Shown: piece by piece, positions 17,439 to 27,991 of the stretch
How the letters are laid out: every line of letters starts with the position of its first letter
Numbering within the stretch: position 1 is the first letter of the stretch
Source: a virus
Lineage: Duplodnaviria > Caudoviricetes
Virus record (IMG/VR): IMGVR_UViG_3300026488_000035
Coordinates: 1-39,733 of that record
Direction: 5' to 3' (one strand)
DNA length: 39,733 nucleotides
Made by a program: the position numbers and the translations under genes
The notes under the pieces: generated by a model
Told to the model about the DNA's origin: nothing
Database searches by the model: none
Seen by the model: the letters and a program-made list of their open reading frames with translations, nothing else

Positions 17439-18056
17439 TTATTTATATTTTAATTCATTAAAAACAATCCACTTAATAATGTTATTTTCTACATAAAAAT
17501 AAAAGAAATATTCATTTTTTTCACTATCAATCAATCTTCCACTTGGAAGTGCATCAGATACCATTTCTTCTTTTGTTTCACAATTTTTACAATATTGTTT
17601 TTTTTGTTTAAACTTTTCTAATAAAAAGTTGAATTTTCTATCAAAAGTTTCTTCATCGTTTTCATCTCTATTACAACCATACTCTTTTAGAGGGTTAGAA
17701 TGGTCTATTATGCCTTTGCCGATAATACACTCTTCATATCCACTATAATTATAACTTTGGGAATAATATTTTAGACCTTCTAAGAACTCTTCCAATGTCA
17801 TTTCTATATTGAGGATTTTTAATTCTTCCCAGCATTCCCAGCCTCCTTCGTAAAGATAAACTAAACCTTCTTCTTTATCAGTAAAACATTTACTGCAATT
17901 ATTAATACATTTTTCCATTAGATAACCTCCTTTTATTATTTTTTTACAAAGACTAGCAGTGCTAAAACATCCACTGCTTGCACCTATTACATACTTTCCA
18001 TCAATTACTTTCATAACCTCACCATTTGCCTTTCTAATCTCCGTTACCTTTCCCAT
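17439..18056 (-). CDS. Cys-rich hypothetical tail-module protein
   Basis: Multiple Cys pairs; translationally coupled. Confidence 0.55.
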   Translation of the reverse strand: MGKVTEIRKANGEVMKVIDGKYVIGASSGCFSTASLCKKIIKGGYLMEKCINNCSKCFTDKEEGLVYLYEGGWECWEELKILNIEMTLEEFLEGLKYYSQSYNYSGYEECIIGKGIIDHSNPLKEYGCNRDENDEETFDRKFNFLLEKFKQKKQYCKNCETKEEMVSDALPSGRLIDSEKNEYFFYFYVENNIIKWIVFNELKYK

Positions 18057-19480
18057 TATTGCACCTCATCCATATAAATTTGTTTTTTATTTATATACCA
18101 ATCGAGATAAAGCGGTTCTTGTTCTTTCATTTCAAACTTATAAGTATTGTATTCGTTTATGTCAAATTCTAGCTCACCAAATGCGTTACTTTCATATGTT
18201 CCTATTACTGCAAAAACATCGCCGTCTTTTCTTGATATTGTTATACTTTTATTTATTGCATCACCATAATCAATTCCCCAATCTTTCATAAGATTAAGAG
18301 TAAATTTGTAAGGGATAGGATAATACCCATTAAGTTCTATTTTGTGTTCATAGTTGATAACTTGGTTAAAATGGGAAATATGAAAATTAACTGATTTTGG
18401 ATACTTTGAATGTTTTATCGTTCCGTATAGGACTTTTGTTTTGTAGGTTATTTTAAGTTCTCCTTTTTCAACTTTATCAAACGCTAACAAATTGTAACCT
18501 TTCTCAAAGACATAGTTTTCAACTCCTTCAAGCGCTATAATTTCCTCAATACCACCTGTGAGTTCTACATATTCATCATTATTTAATTCAAATTTTTCAA
18601 TTAAAATCCTTTCTCCTTCTTTGCAAGCAATATTGCAATTAGGTTTTTGTATAGTAGGGGAATAATAAATTATAAAAAAAGCATTTATGGGATTGATTTT
18701 GTATGTATTTCCTGCATCATCTGTAAATATAAGCACCTCATCAGGGGAGCAACATTGAGGAGAAGGATTAATATCAAGTGCAATTGTAGGCTCTGCCACT
18801 AAATCTTTTGTATCTGTGCAGTTTATGAAAAGTTTATTTATTTTTTTCTTGTCTTTATTTGTGGAGGTAGAGAATTCAATTATATCACTAAGTTCGCTAA
18901 ATTTTTTTATTGCAACATCATCCTCTTTTATCCTTTTTTTATCTTCAAAATACAAAACACCTCTGTAAAAATAATAATCAAACCCAGTAATCTTACTTAA
19001 ATCTTCAATTGCCTCTTCAATAGCTTTATCTTTTATTTCATAATCAAAAAGTAAAGGAATGTCGGTTAAATTTTCGTAATTGACACTCACATCAGGTAGT
19101 AATTTAGAAATTAAGTCTTTTACTGAGTTTGTTTGTATTGTTTTGTTTAAATTGCCAGTATATTTATAGGTATATTTTATTGTTTTGCTTTTGCAGTAAA
19201 TTTTTATATTGTTGTCTTTTAGATAATCAACATTATCAATTGTAAACTTCTCAGTCACTTCATCCTCATCATTTACTTTATATTTGATTTCTATTCTTTC
19301 TATTAAATCCCCTATAATTGTAGGGGCAATGTATAAATCATTTACAATAAAAGTCAAAGAGTTGTAAATTTTGTGGTTTTCTATATCAAATATTCCTTCT
19401 TGAATAGATACTATCTTATCGTCAATTTTCTTTTTCTGCCCTAAATGGTTTATAAAATATACACTTAAATATACTTCCAT
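18056..19480 (-). CDS. Tail tip/baseplate hub-like protein
   Basis: AIEDLSKITGFDYYFYRGVLYF pattern; position. Confidence 0.6.
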   Translation of the reverse strand: MEVYLSVYFINHLGQKKKIDDKIVSIQEGIFDIENHKIYNSLTFIVNDLYIAPTIIGDLIERIEIKYKVNDEDEVTEKFTIDNVDYLKDNNIKIYCKSKTIKYTYKYTGNLNKTIQTNSVKDLISKLLPDVSVNYENLTDIPLLFDYEIKDKAIEEAIEDLSKITGFDYYFYRGVLYFEDKKRIKEDDVAIKKFSELSDIIEFSTSTNKDKKKINKLFINCTDTKDLVAEPTIALDINPSPQCCSPDEVLIFTDDAGNTYKINPINAFFIIYYSPTIQKPNCNIACKEGERILIEKFELNNDEYVELTGGIEEIIALEGVENYVFEKGYNLLAFDKVEKGELKITYKTKVLYGTIKHSKYPKSVNFHISHFNQVINYEHKIELNGYYPIPYKFTLNLMKDWGIDYGDAINKSITISRKDGDVFAVIGTYESNAFGELEFDINEYNTYKFEMKEQEPLYLDWYINKKQIYMDEVQ

Positions 19481-19482
19481 TT

Positions 19483-20229
19483 TTACTCCTCAAAATTTTT
19501 AAAGATTATCCGAATAGGAGGGGTTTTTAAATCGTAAGCAATTCTTTCAAATATGTAATTTGTAATATTTTTAAAAGGTTTGATTTTGTATTTAATATTG
19601 TTATTAATATCTTTAAAAAATCTGATTTTGTATTTGCTTTTATTAGGTATATTTTTTATTGGTAAAATCTTGTATTTTATGTCGTTTTTTGTTTGTTTGA
19701 AGTTTTTTATTTCATTTCTTAATGCACATGAGCGGATGTCTTCTTTTGTTATTGTCAAATTTTTAATAAATCCTGCGTCATTTCCAGCAGACATAATTCC
19801 ATCTTTTATATACTCAAATTTTATCTCTGTTGTTGTAGGAGCATCAAAAGTTTTTGTATAATTTGCATAATCCGTATTGCCGGATATATGTATAACCCTC
19901 TCTCCGTTTAAATATACATTTAAAAAATCATAATTTTGCTCGGAGCTAACTCTATAATCAAAACTTACTTTTAAAACTTGCTTAAAAGTTTTATATATGC
20001 AAGCTACTTGCCCATCATTAATGTCCTCATTTGTAAATTCCCCATTTTCGTTTTTAATAAATCCATATTCGCATCTGTTCCAATCAGAAATATCAGTTAT
20101 TAACTCATCTATTACAACAATTTCCTTATAATTTTTAAAATTTTCTTCTATAACCTCCTCTACGCTTAAATTTGCATTATCATAATCTTTTATCTGATTT
20201 TGTAGGGAAATGTTTATATTGTTACTCAT
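19483..20229 (-). CDS. Tail-module protein with a beta-sandwich domain and C-terminal repeats
   Basis: SFDYRVSSEQNYDFLNVYLNG...YIKDG...GNDAGFI; NxxKYKI repeats. Confidence 0.55.
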   Translation of the reverse strand: MSNNINISLQNQIKDYDNANLSVEEVIEENFKNYKEIVVIDELITDISDWNRCEYGFIKNENGEFTNEDINDGQVACIYKTFKQVLKVSFDYRVSSEQNYDFLNVYLNGERVIHISGNTDYANYTKTFDAPTTTEIKFEYIKDGIMSAGNDAGFIKNLTITKEDIRSCALRNEIKNFKQTKNDIKYKILPIKNIPNKSKYKIRFFKDINNNIKYKIKPFKNITNYIFERIAYDLKTPPIRIIFKNFEE

Positions 20230-20233
20230 GCCC

Positions 20234-20899
20234 TCACTTTAAGTCATACCAGATATTTAAAACAAACTCATTTGCAGGGTCTTCCATCGCTTCTGTAAAA
20301 GGTTGCACCACTTCTTTAACCCAAAATCCTTTGTATTCATCTTTGTTTAAAGCATCCCAAAAAATAGTGCTACTTGCCTTTAAATTACTTACATCATCTT
20401 CACTAACCGTTTTAAAAGTAATTTCTGAACCATTTACACTTTCAACTTCCCAAGTTACCAATTTTGTATTGTCTTCTTTATAAAAAGTTACTTTATCGCC
20501 TGCTTTTACAAATTCGCTAACATCCCTATCTGCCGTAACTTTCTTATTGTCTTTATCATAGTTAGTTACTAAAAAGCCTCCATATAGCCTTAAATTATCT
20601 TTATCTAAATCACTTTCAAGTTCAGTATTGCTCCCTGCCTCAAAAAGATAAACTTCCTCAGTAGGTGAGGTAGTAAAAGAAGCAATATCAAGTCCAAGCG
20701 TTAAAACATCCACTGTTGCTTTTACAAAAAACTTAAAATATCTCTCACCTCCAATTTCAGCAGTGTAAGGTCTTACAGGTAAAAGCAGATTATTTAAAAC
20801 TCCGCTCTCAATTGGTGCATCCGTATCAATGTCATCTCCGTTATTAGAAGGGTCAAATTCGTCTATTTTTAAACTCTTATAAAATTCTAAATCCGCCAT
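20234..20899 (-). CDS. Tail protein
   Basis: Tail module; EYKGFWVKEVV. Confidence 0.55.
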   Translation of the reverse strand: MADLEFYKSLKIDEFDPSNNGDDIDTDAPIESGVLNNLLLPVRPYTAEIGGERYFKFFVKATVDVLTLGLDIASFTTSPTEEVYLFEAGSNTELESDLDKDNLRLYGGFLVTNYDKDNKKVTADRDVSEFVKAGDKVTFYKEDNTKLVTWEVESVNGSEITFKTVSEDDVSNLKASSTIFWDALNKDEYKGFWVKEVVQPFTEAMEDPANEFVLNIWYDLK

Positions 20900-20917
20900 T
20901 TTTAGCCTTTTTTGTTT

Positions 20918-20952
20918 ATTTTAACTTTTATAGTTTTTGTTTTTTTCCAAAA
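20918..20952 (-). promoter_or_regulatory. Putative late promoter: TTTTGGAAAAA-18 nt-TAAAAT
   Basis: Shared motif and spacing. Confidence 0.5.
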
Positions 20953-20953
20953 T

Positions 20954-21331
20954 CTAGGCATAAGCCATCTTTATTGTTACCTTATACCATTCGCTCCCCT
21001 CATATAACATCTCCGCCTTTATAACTTCGTTTTCTTCAAGTCTAAATCTTGCTTTAATTGTGCTATTGTCTGTTGTTGTTAAGTTAATCGTTAAACCTAA
21101 TTCATTTGCTAAGACAACTATTTTTTTTAAGGTTTCAAGCCTAAGCCACCCGTTTTCCATGCTGTCTAATGTTATATTGTTTGCATTATCCCGTCTAATG
21201 CTTTCATAAACTATCTTAGACCCGCCAAGCGTATTGAAACTAACCGCTTTAACATTCTTAACCTCAAAACTTTCAAGCATATAAAGAGGATTATCAAGCT
21301 CAATACCGCCTATTTTCTTTATTCTAACCAT
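20954..21331 (-). CDS. Distal tail-like protein
   Basis: Immediately downstream of the tape measure gene. Confidence 0.55.
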   Translation of the reverse strand: MVRIKKIGGIELDNPLYMLESFEVKNVKAVSFNTLGGSKIVYESIRRDNANNITLDSMENGWLRLETLKKIVVLANELGLTINLTTTDNSTIKARFRLEENEVIKAEMLYEGSEWYKVTIKMAYA

Positions 21332-24300
21332 TACATCATCCTTTTAAAATAACTTGCAAGCTGTTTTGCCGTCATTTCGTCACTTTGCATTTCAAAATTC
21401 GCTCCGTCAGGGAATTTAAAGTTCACATTTACCGTATCGCCGCTTGTATTGTTTGCACTTGGCAAATTCCCTACATATCCGCCCGTTGCGAATTTAGGAA
21501 GTTTAAAGCTGTTTAACTTTTCAAATAAATCCGCTCCAAACATACTAACCGCTTCTTTTCTTATAACAAACTCCCCGTCTTCCAAAAGTGCTAAATTCCT
21601 ATCGCCCCCGCCGTATCCCGGAAGCTTACCGCCGTTCGCAAGTTTAATAAGACCTCCCGTTGCGAATTTAGGAAGTTTATCTTTTAAGATGTCTTGCATT
21701 AAGATATTAAGATTATCTTCACTTAATGTTGCTGCTTGTTTGTTGTATCTTAGAAGGTTTGCAAATCTGTATTGCAATAAATCATCTCTAATGCCATATT
21801 TAGATAAAAAACTATATGCAAGCTCATTATAATCAACAGGTCTATAAAAATAATTATCCACAATTGAAAATCCAGCCTGCAAATACCTTGGTTTGTTGTT
21901 TATAGTCCGTTTTGCAAGCCTTTGAAAATCAATTTTTATTTCTTCTTTACTAGGGATATTTAAGGTCATCAACCTATTGTAAAATCTTTTAAGCTTGTCT
22001 AAATCTAAAATGTAATCAAAATCAGGTGGCAGTATTTTGTTTTCATCTATACCGATTTGCGATATTCTCTTTTTTATCATCTCTTTGTATTTATCCACCT
22101 GCGCTAAATAGTCGTCAATTTTTTGCACTAAATTATTTACAGTCTCGTCTAATTTTTTAACGCTCTCTTCATCAGCTTTTAGTTTTCTTTGCAGAGTTTC
22201 TAATTTGTTTTTATGTTCCTTATATCCTACCTCATCTAATGTCTTACCTCTTATGCTTGCTTTATAATCTGTAATAGCTTTTTGGTCGTTTTCGTATTTA
22301 TTTTTTACTTCTTTTACTTTTTGTATTGTGTTTTCAATTTCTTTTTTCTCAGGTCTGTTTGTACCTCTAAAATGTTTTAAGAGTTCTTTTAATGTGTTTA
22401 GATAATTATCTAGTTTTTCTAGAATATCATCATTTCCATATCTATTGCTATCTGACATGGTAGATAACTGCGTAATAAGTTTTTGAGGCTTTCCTATTTC
22501 AACTAGTCCGCCCGTTGCAAACTTAGGGAGTAGCTTATTGTTTAGTCTATATAAAAAGTCTTCTCCGTAATGTTTAACGGCGTCTCTTTTTACTACAAAC
22601 TCTCCTCTTGTAAGTAAAGCAGGGACATCATCAGAGTTTAGTGGGTCGTCTCCTGGAATTTTACCTTGCACTTTTCTAAATCCCGCAATACCTCCGGCAG
22701 CGTGGGTTTCAACCGTTTTGATGTAATGTATAGTCGTTATAGTTTTTGGAATTTGACTGAGTTTATTTAAAGCCTGTGAAATATCGCTTTTTACTTTTAC
22801 GGTAGGTTTTAGATTTTTAGCTTTTAAATTGACTTTGTTTAATTTTTTCTCAGGTTCTTTTGTATCAGCGTAGAACTTAATAACTTCTTTTTTGCCGGTA
22901 ATCTTATCTTTTATCTCCATAACTGCCGCTAAAACGGGCTTTGTGTCTGCTTTTAGTTTAATCTCACTTTTTGTATTGTTTATCTTTTTATTAACTTTAT
23001 CAACTTCTTTTTTAACTTCGCTCGTGTCAGCAGTTACCTTTTTAGGCTCTTTTATCTTTTCATCAAGGTCTTTTATTTGATTGTCTAAATTCTTAATTGC
23101 TTCTAACGCCGCACTTGTATCAATATTTACCTTTTTACCTGTAATTGCTTCAAGGAGTTGTTTTTCAAGGTTAAGTCTTTGCATTTCAAGGTTTAGCTGA
23201 GCTTTTGTTGCTTGAAGCTCTGCTTTAAGGTTTTGTATTTTAGCCCGTGCCGCCGCCTCTTCCTGTGCTTTTTCCTTTGCGTAATATTCGTTTGTGAGGT
23301 TTTCAAGTTCTTTAAGTCCCTCAATTGCTACTGCGTTTGCCTGTTTTTTGCTAACTATTGCCTTGCCGTTTTCTTTTATTTCAGTGTTTGCAAGAGAAGT
23401 CATTAAACTTTCATATTGCGACATATATCTTTTAGCTTGCGCTAAATCACCTCTTCTCAATGCTTCTTTTGCTTTTGCAAGCCTTATTTCTGCTTGTTTT
23501 TGTTTGTCTATGTATTGCTCATAGGAAGATGCAGTTGATATTTTGAGGTTGTGTATTTTGTTTTCTATGTCTTCAATTGCATTAAGTCTTTCAGTTTCAA
23601 GTTGTTTAAGCCTCGCATTAAGGCGTGTCTGTATGCTTGCAATTTTATCGGCAAGGTCTTTTTCTTTATTTTTTAGTTTTTCTATTGTATTTTCATGCTC
23701 TTGAATTCTTTTTGTATAGGCGTCTTTAAATTCTCTTATTTCTTTTAAATTGTAATATTCAATTATTTTTGCTTTTGCCTTTTCAAAGTGTTCCGTCTCA
23801 CCTAATAGCTCCCTTGCTTTTTCTATTTCTTCGTTTTTTAGCTCTAAGATACTTTTTGTTGTAGTTTGCTCTTTTTGGAGTCTCTTATCTAAACTTTTTA
23901 GATACTTCTCCTGCTCTTTTGTAAGTTTTTCTACTGATTTTTTGGCATTTTCAGCACTTTTTGCTGTTTTTTCGTAAGGTTTTAGGGTTGATAGTCTTTT
24001 AAGTGCAATTTGCAGAGTCTTATTCTGCTCTTCAAGTGCGGCAATCATATTTTTGTATTCAGCACTTCCGTCACTCGCCTCTTTTAGCTGCTGAATTCTT
24101 TTTTTGTTTGTTTTGATTAAGTCTTCTGTCTCTTTTTTTAGTTTTTCTATTTCTTCTCGTGTAAGTTTAAAAGTTTTACGCCCGTTTTCGTCTATTTTCA
24201 TAGAGTTTTTGAGAGTTTGCATTATTTCATCAAAGCTTTTCGTGCTTGCTTTTAACTTATTTGTATTCTCGTCAAGCTCTTTTATTCTCTCTTCCCATTT

Positions 24301-25713
24301 GTCAAATGCATAGTTTAAGCCTTCAATTGCAAGTGTTAAGGCTATTACTGCAATGTTTGCTTTCCCTAATTTCATAAGTGCACCAGTAAGCATTGTTACG
24401 GCTTGTTTTAGCTTTTTAATAGATAAGGTAGTCTTTGTTATTTCTATTGCCGCTTTTGCTCCCAAAACCCCTTCTATAATTGCTCTTACTTTTGAAAGTG
24501 CAATAAAAGTTGCCGTAAGTTCTACTATTGTATTAATAAGAGTTTTATTCTCACTATAAAATTTTTCGGTAGTGCCTATTGCTTCTGTAAGCCATTTCAC
24601 AAAATCAGTCAAAGCAGGCAATAATTCATTTCCTATCGTAATTATAAGCCCCTGAAACGCACTTTCAAGCTCTTTCATATGCCCATTAAATGTATCAGTC
24701 ATTTGTTTGACTTTTTCTTCCGTAACGCCCATACTTTTAGCTATTTTAGAATAAAGCTCATCGTAAGAATTTCCAACGCTATCAATCAAAGTAATTGCCG
24801 TTTTCATAGTTTCAAGACCAAATATGTCCCGCATATACTTTGCTTTCATCTCCTGAGACATATTCGCCATTTTGTCTTTAAATTGTTTTAATACTTCTGT
24901 AAGCCCTACAAACTTTCCGTTTGCATCATAAATTTTTATCCCAAGTTCATCAATTGCGTCTTTTGCGGCACCTGTTGGAGATGCAAGTCTTACTAACATT
25001 GTTGAGAGTCCCGTTCCTGCCATTGTTGCTTTTATCCCACTATTGCTTAATACTCCAATAGCAGTTGCAGTTTCTTCTAAGCTTACCCCAAGTGCCCTTG
25101 CCTGAGGAGCTACGTATTTCATAGCCTCACCCATTTCGGGAATGTTTGTATTTGCATTTGTAATTGTTGCGGTCATAACATCAACCACTCTTTTTGTCTC
25201 TTCCGCTTTTAGATTAAATCCGCTAAGTATATTACTCGCAATATCGCTTGCTCTTCCTAAATCAATCTGACCTACCGCCGCAAGGTTTAAAACATCCCCT
25301 ATTGAAGCCATAATATCCTTAGTCTTATACCCTGCCATTGCGAGGTAATTCATTCCCTCAGCAACTTCTGAGGCACTAAACATCGTGGTTTTTCCAAGCT
25401 CTTCGGCTTTTTGTTTAAGTTTTTCTAGATTTTCTTTGCTAGCTCCGCTTATTGCCCCAAGTTTTGCAATAGACTGTTCAAAATCAGCCACTATATTAAT
25501 AGCGCTCCTTGCCGCCTGAAACCCCATATAGGCACCCACAACCTTTTTAATGCTTCCCGCAAGAGAGGCTAATTGCGCCTCTTGTCTTTTTAAATCAATA
25601 TTGCCCTTTTTAACATTATCACTAAATCTTTTTATTTCATTTTCAAGTTTTTTGATGTCTTCAATTGCTTGTTTTGTGTTCGCTAATATTTCAATCTGTA
25701 ATTTTTTATCCAT
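21331..25713 (-). CDS. Tail tape measure protein (TP901-type core)
   Basis: FSASEVAEGMNYLAMAG, MKYVAP, GIKATMAGTGL; ~1460 aa; AGGAG RBS favours ATG 25713. Confidence 0.95.
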   Translation of the reverse strand: MDKKLQIEILANTKQAIEDIKKLENEIKRFSDNVKKGNIDLKRQEAQLASLAGSIKKVVGAYMGFQAARSAINIVADFEQSIAKLGAISGASKENLEKLKQKAEELGKTTMFSASEVAEGMNYLAMAGYKTKDIMASIGDVLNLAAVGQIDLGRASDIASNILSGFNLKAEETKRVVDVMTATITNANTNIPEMGEAMKYVAPQARALGVSLEETATAIGVLSNSGIKATMAGTGLSTMLVRLASPTGAAKDAIDELGIKIYDANGKFVGLTEVLKQFKDKMANMSQEMKAKYMRDIFGLETMKTAITLIDSVGNSYDELYSKIAKSMGVTEEKVKQMTDTFNGHMKELESAFQGLIITIGNELLPALTDFVKWLTEAIGTTEKFYSENKTLINTIVELTATFIALSKVRAIIEGVLGAKAAIEITKTTLSIKKLKQAVTMLTGALMKLGKANIAVIALTLAIEGLNYAFDKWEERIKELDENTNKLKASTKSFDEIMQTLKNSMKIDENGRKTFKLTREEIEKLKKETEDLIKTNKKRIQQLKEASDGSAEYKNMIAALEEQNKTLQIALKRLSTLKPYEKTAKSAENAKKSVEKLTKEQEKYLKSLDKRLQKEQTTTKSILELKNEEIEKARELLGETEHFEKAKAKIIEYYNLKEIREFKDAYTKRIQEHENTIEKLKNKEKDLADKIASIQTRLNARLKQLETERLNAIEDIENKIHNLKISTASSYEQYIDKQKQAEIRLAKAKEALRRGDLAQAKRYMSQYESLMTSLANTEIKENGKAIVSKKQANAVAIEGLKELENLTNEYYAKEKAQEEAAARAKIQNLKAELQATKAQLNLEMQRLNLEKQLLEAITGKKVNIDTSAALEAIKNLDNQIKDLDEKIKEPKKVTADTSEVKKEVDKVNKKINNTKSEIKLKADTKPVLAAVMEIKDKITGKKEVIKFYADTKEPEKKLNKVNLKAKNLKPTVKVKSDISQALNKLSQIPKTITTIHYIKTVETHAAGGIAGFRKVQGKIPGDDPLNSDDVPALLTRGEFVVKRDAVKHYGEDFLYRLNNKLLPKFATGGLVEIGKPQKLITQLSTMSDSNRYGNDDILEKLDNYLNTLKELLKHFRGTNRPEKKEIENTIQKVKEVKNKYENDQKAITDYKASIRGKTLDEVGYKEHKNKLETLQRKLKADEESVKKLDETVNNLVQKIDDYLAQVDKYKEMIKKRISQIGIDENKILPPDFDYILDLDKLKRFYNRLMTLNIPSKEEIKIDFQRLAKRTINNKPRYLQAGFSIVDNYFYRPVDYNELAYSFLSKYGIRDDLLQYRFANLLRYNKQAATLSEDNLNILMQDILKDKLPKFATGGLIKLANGGKLPGYGGGDRNLALLEDGEFVIRKEAVSMFGADLFEKLNSFKLPKFATGGYVGNLPSANNTSGDTVNVNFKFPDGANFEMQSDEMTAKQLASYFKRMM

Positions 25714-25721
25714 TTCCACTC

Positions 25722-25955
25722 CTAAATAGAGAAATTTTCAACCTCATCCAAATTTACTTCTTCTTTTACCTTCACAAATTCTTTAAAGTCGCTATCTTTT
25801 GCAAATCTTGCTATTCTGTTAGCAATAGCAATATTTCTAATCATTTCTTCTTTTTCTTCATAGATTTGCTCTATTGCTAAAAGAAAAGCACCTAAACCAT
25901 ATTCCTCAGGATTTTTATGATTATGAGAGATAAGAAGGAAGAGAAGTTTTAAAAT
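25722..25955 (-). CDS. Tail assembly chaperone C-terminal extension (gpT-like), reached by -1 frameshift
   Basis: Open -1 frame ILKLLFLLISHNHKNPEEYGL...ENFSI* filling the gap to the tape measure gene; A9 slippery run at 25955-25963. Confidence 0.75.
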   Translation of the reverse strand: MLKLLFLLISHNHKNPEEYGLGAFLLAIEQIYEEKEEMIRNIAIANRIARFAKDSDFKEFVKVKEEVNLDEVENFSI

Positions 25956-26218
25956 TTTTTTTTATCTGTTTTGCCTCCTCCCTTCTCGTCAAAGTGTTTT
26001 GCGTTTAATTCAAAAAAAGCCTCTTCAATAACTTTTGCAGCCTCTATTGTCGCATTTTCTAAATCCTCAAATGAGAGGTTTGAATTATCGGCAATAAGCT
26101 CGTAATTGTGCTTATATTCGCCGTTTGCAAGTTTAAGTAAAGACTTTACGTTTATTTCGTAAAGCTCTACCTCTTTATCCTCAAATTTGAGGACCTTTTT
26201 TTCTCTAAAAAATTTCAT
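25949..26218 (-). CDS. Tail assembly chaperone (gpG-like)
   Basis: Between major tail and tape measure genes; ends in a slippery run. Confidence 0.8.
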   Translation of the reverse strand: MKFFREKKVLKFEDKEVELYEINVKSLLKLANGEYKHNYELIADNSNLSFEDLENATIEAAKVIEEAFFELNAKHFDEKGGGKTDKKKF

Positions 26219-26228
26219 TTATTTCCTT

Positions 26229-26993
26229 TTACGCTAAAACTTCTTTAACTAGAAATTGTTGCCCCTCAGGTCTTGTAGTGTCTTTTAGTACCTTTCCTTT
26301 TAAGGTAATTTTTTGAATGTCCTCAGCACTTTTAAGCGTAAAATCTCCGTCAAGTGAGAGGTTTGCTCTAAATATTTCAGTCTTAGACGGCTTTCCGTGA
26401 AGCGGTTTTGAAATAAATCTAAGTGCAACTTCCTGAGATGTTTTGTTAAGCGATGTAAATGTTCCAATTGTAACCGCATCGCAGTCAAACGTTACTTTTG
26501 CATCTTTGCCGACTAAAACTCCGTCTTTTGCAATTTCAACCATTCCAAACTCATAATCAACGCTATAATCAACGCCTTCTTCTGCCGCTACGTCTTCGCT
26601 TCCGTTGTTGTAAGTAACCGTAACGTTTTTAACCTTTCTTTTTCCAAGCTCATAAACAGCACCTGCCGCAGCGCCTGTAATATCTACCTCTAAACCTGTC
26701 GCACTTGTTTGCTTAACTTCGTTGTATTCCCCGCTAAACGCAAGTGCTAAGGTTGTAGGATTTAAATCAGCCGTTTGAATGCTAATTTCTGCACTTACTG
26801 CTTTTGTAACTTCTAAGTCGGTTGTAAGAATAGCACCCTCAGAGTTTTTATGCTCAACTTTCTCAACGTTAAAACTCACACTTGCACTCTCAGTCTGCCC
26901 GAAATATCTAAAATTTTCTTCACCTTTTATTTTTATGTAAAGCTCTCCACCACCAATATAATAATTATCCGCAAAATTTCTGTTAACTGCCAT
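26229..26993 (-). CDS. Major tail protein
   Basis: YYIGGGELY, FRYFG, EGVDYSVDYEFG motifs; position. Confidence 0.85.
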   Translation of the reverse strand: MAVNRNFADNYYIGGGELYIKIKGEENFRYFGQTESASVSFNVEKVEHKNSEGAILTTDLEVTKAVSAEISIQTADLNPTTLALAFSGEYNEVKQTSATGLEVDITGAAAGAVYELGKRKVKNVTVTYNNGSEDVAAEEGVDYSVDYEFGMVEIAKDGVLVGKDAKVTFDCDAVTIGTFTSLNKTSQEVALRFISKPLHGKPSKTEIFRANLSLDGDFTLKSAEDIQKITLKGKVLKDTTRPEGQQFLVKEVLA

Positions 26994-27003
26994 TATTTAC
27001 TCC

Positions 27004-27981
27004 TTACTTAGTTACGATTTTTACAAATCTCTGTTGTTTTGTTTGGAATTTTTTCTCCCAGTTAGTCTCTTTTGCTAAATCCGCTAATGTAGGACTCATT
27101 CCTGATTTTTTCCAGCTCCAACCTATCGGGTGCAATACAAAACCTTGTCTTGAAATAACAGTTGTATCCCCGCTTCCTTTTCCTGTTAAAGGATTTCTGT
27201 GAAGTTCAATTAAAGGCATATCTCCACCAAGCTCTTTTTGAGCGAATGCAAAAATACCCCTTTGAGCGATAATTGTCGTATAGTGTTTATTTCCATCTTT
27301 ATCTTCTTCAACTGGCATTAAATCATTTACTACGATTTTATAATTCCCGTACATTTCAATTGGTTTTGCTCCCTCTTCACTTGGAGGAATAACATCTATT
27401 AGATTTTGTTTTTTCAAATCCGCATAGATTTTTGAATGTACAAACATCTCTTCAAATTTATCCTGATGGTCGCCAAGCAGACTCGCTCCATCAATTATCA
27501 CACTTGCGTCAATTCCTTTATCTCCTGCATCAAGTGTTAAATCACTTCCTGCTTTTTTAGAAATACCGACTAAAATGTTAATCATCCTTCTTTGCAAATC
27601 TCTCCCCCAGTAATTCCCAATAACGTCTCTTATAACTCTTGCTGGGTCGCTATCTCTTGCTAAAAGCGCCGCAAGGTGCGAATATTTATAAGCTTTTGAA
27701 TAAAGTCCAAGCACTGCAAACATATTACTCCAAGTAAGTTTATTCGTGGTAATTTCATCATCGCTATCATCCATCGCCTCAGGTTCTGTATAGTCAGGCT
27801 CGTCTATATAAGGCATTTCAAACCTGCTGCCTGCATTTGCAGCATTTACTACGCTTTGTAAATCAGGACTTGTAATAATTAAAGGCGAATTTAGTATGTT
27901 TTTAAGTTCTGGTGCCTCATTTAGGACATCATTCGTCCATAAAGTCGCTTGAAACAAATCTTGTAATTTAATTTTAGCCAT
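27004..27981 (-). CDS. Major capsid protein
   Basis: 325 aa after the scaffold; ASLLGD, FVHSKIYADL, FVLHPIGWSW. Confidence 0.85.
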   Translation of the reverse strand: MAKIKLQDLFQATLWTNDVLNEAPELKNILNSPLIITSPDLQSVVNAANAGSRFEMPYIDEPDYTEPEAMDDSDDEITTNKLTWSNMFAVLGLYSKAYKYSHLAALLARDSDPARVIRDVIGNYWGRDLQRRMINILVGISKKAGSDLTLDAGDKGIDASVIIDGASLLGDHQDKFEEMFVHSKIYADLKKQNLIDVIPPSEEGAKPIEMYGNYKIVVNDLMPVEEDKDGNKHYTTIIAQRGIFAFAQKELGGDMPLIELHRNPLTGKGSGDTTVISRQGFVLHPIGWSWKKSGMSPTLADLAKETNWEKKFQTKQQRFVKIVTK

Positions 27982-27991
27982 TATTTACTCC

